NCBI RefSeq assembly: GCF_036321535.1
Contig: NC_087436.1
Span: 73,720,001-73,784,000, forward strand
Source: Camelus dromedarius
Taxonomy: Eukaryota
Length of the DNA: 64,000 nucleotides
Direction of reading: 5' to 3'
A program made the position numbers and the translations under genes. The notes under the pieces are model-generated. The model did no database searches. It was not told where the DNA came from and saw only the letters and a list, made by a program, of their open reading frames with translations. Positions 63,636 to 64,000 of the stretch are shown here, piece after piece. The stretch's first letter is position 1; each line of letters opens with the position of its first letter.

Positions 63636-64000
63636 TCATGTAATTTGAAGGAGGTCTTTAGTTTCTAACAACAGAGCAAGTTTGTACTTCAGTGCTTCTA
63701 GAAGTAAAAAAGTGTTATTATGGTTAGTAAAATAGACCAGATAGTCTTGAAATTCTAGGAATACCTTGGAAATAAGAACTATTAATATCTCATTTAGGGC
63801 CCACAGCTTGTGATGTCAGTTCAGGTTTCTTAAGTAAATCACCAAACTAGCCAGAAATTTCCAGTGTCTTTTGCATGTAAGATTACACAGATATGAAGTA
63901 CATAACTGATGTCCCTATCATCTGATGTGACTGTTCTGTAAACTAATATGGTCTGTTCAAGGCCTGTGGTGAATGATTCATGGTTTTTAACCTTTTGTAG

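Noticed and set aside
59825..63639. Cluster of ORFs with RT/endonuclease-like peptides
   Set aside because: They are fragments of a dead L1 ORF2 and its antisense frames, not an active element or a host gene.
63640..64000. Search for CXCL10 at the right edge and NAAA at the left edge
   Set aside because: No exon of either gene was recognised; synteny suggests both lie just outside the window.

Overview
Mammalian genomic DNA, most likely camelid: four tRNA-derived SINEs resemble the Vic-1 family. The window covers the SDAD1-CXCL9-ART3 block. SDAD1 is complete on the minus strand: 22 coding exons, 32092->8669, 2067 nt, 688 aa, phases consistent. CXCL9 (MIG) is complete on the minus strand: 4 exons, 47963->44099, 126 aa, with a long 3'UTR and a recognisable promoter (gamma-RE-like element, two NF-kB sites). 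A second CpG island at about 51.0-51.8 kb is assigned by synteny to the upstream non-coding first exon of ART3 (+). The rest is intronic or intergenic DNA rich in L1, L2, MIR, LTRs, DNA transposon fossils and SINEs, several with readable target-site duplications. I found no new multi-gene system. The most unusual items are a 78-bp fold-back (templated) insertion forming a perfect 20-bp inverted repeat beside the CXCL9 interferon-gamma element, a GAG splice acceptor and a candidate uORF in SDAD1, a candidate 99-nt 5'UTR exon of ART3, and a ~100-bp SINE-tail insertion inside an L1. Gene and repeat names come from recalled reference sequences, not database searches.
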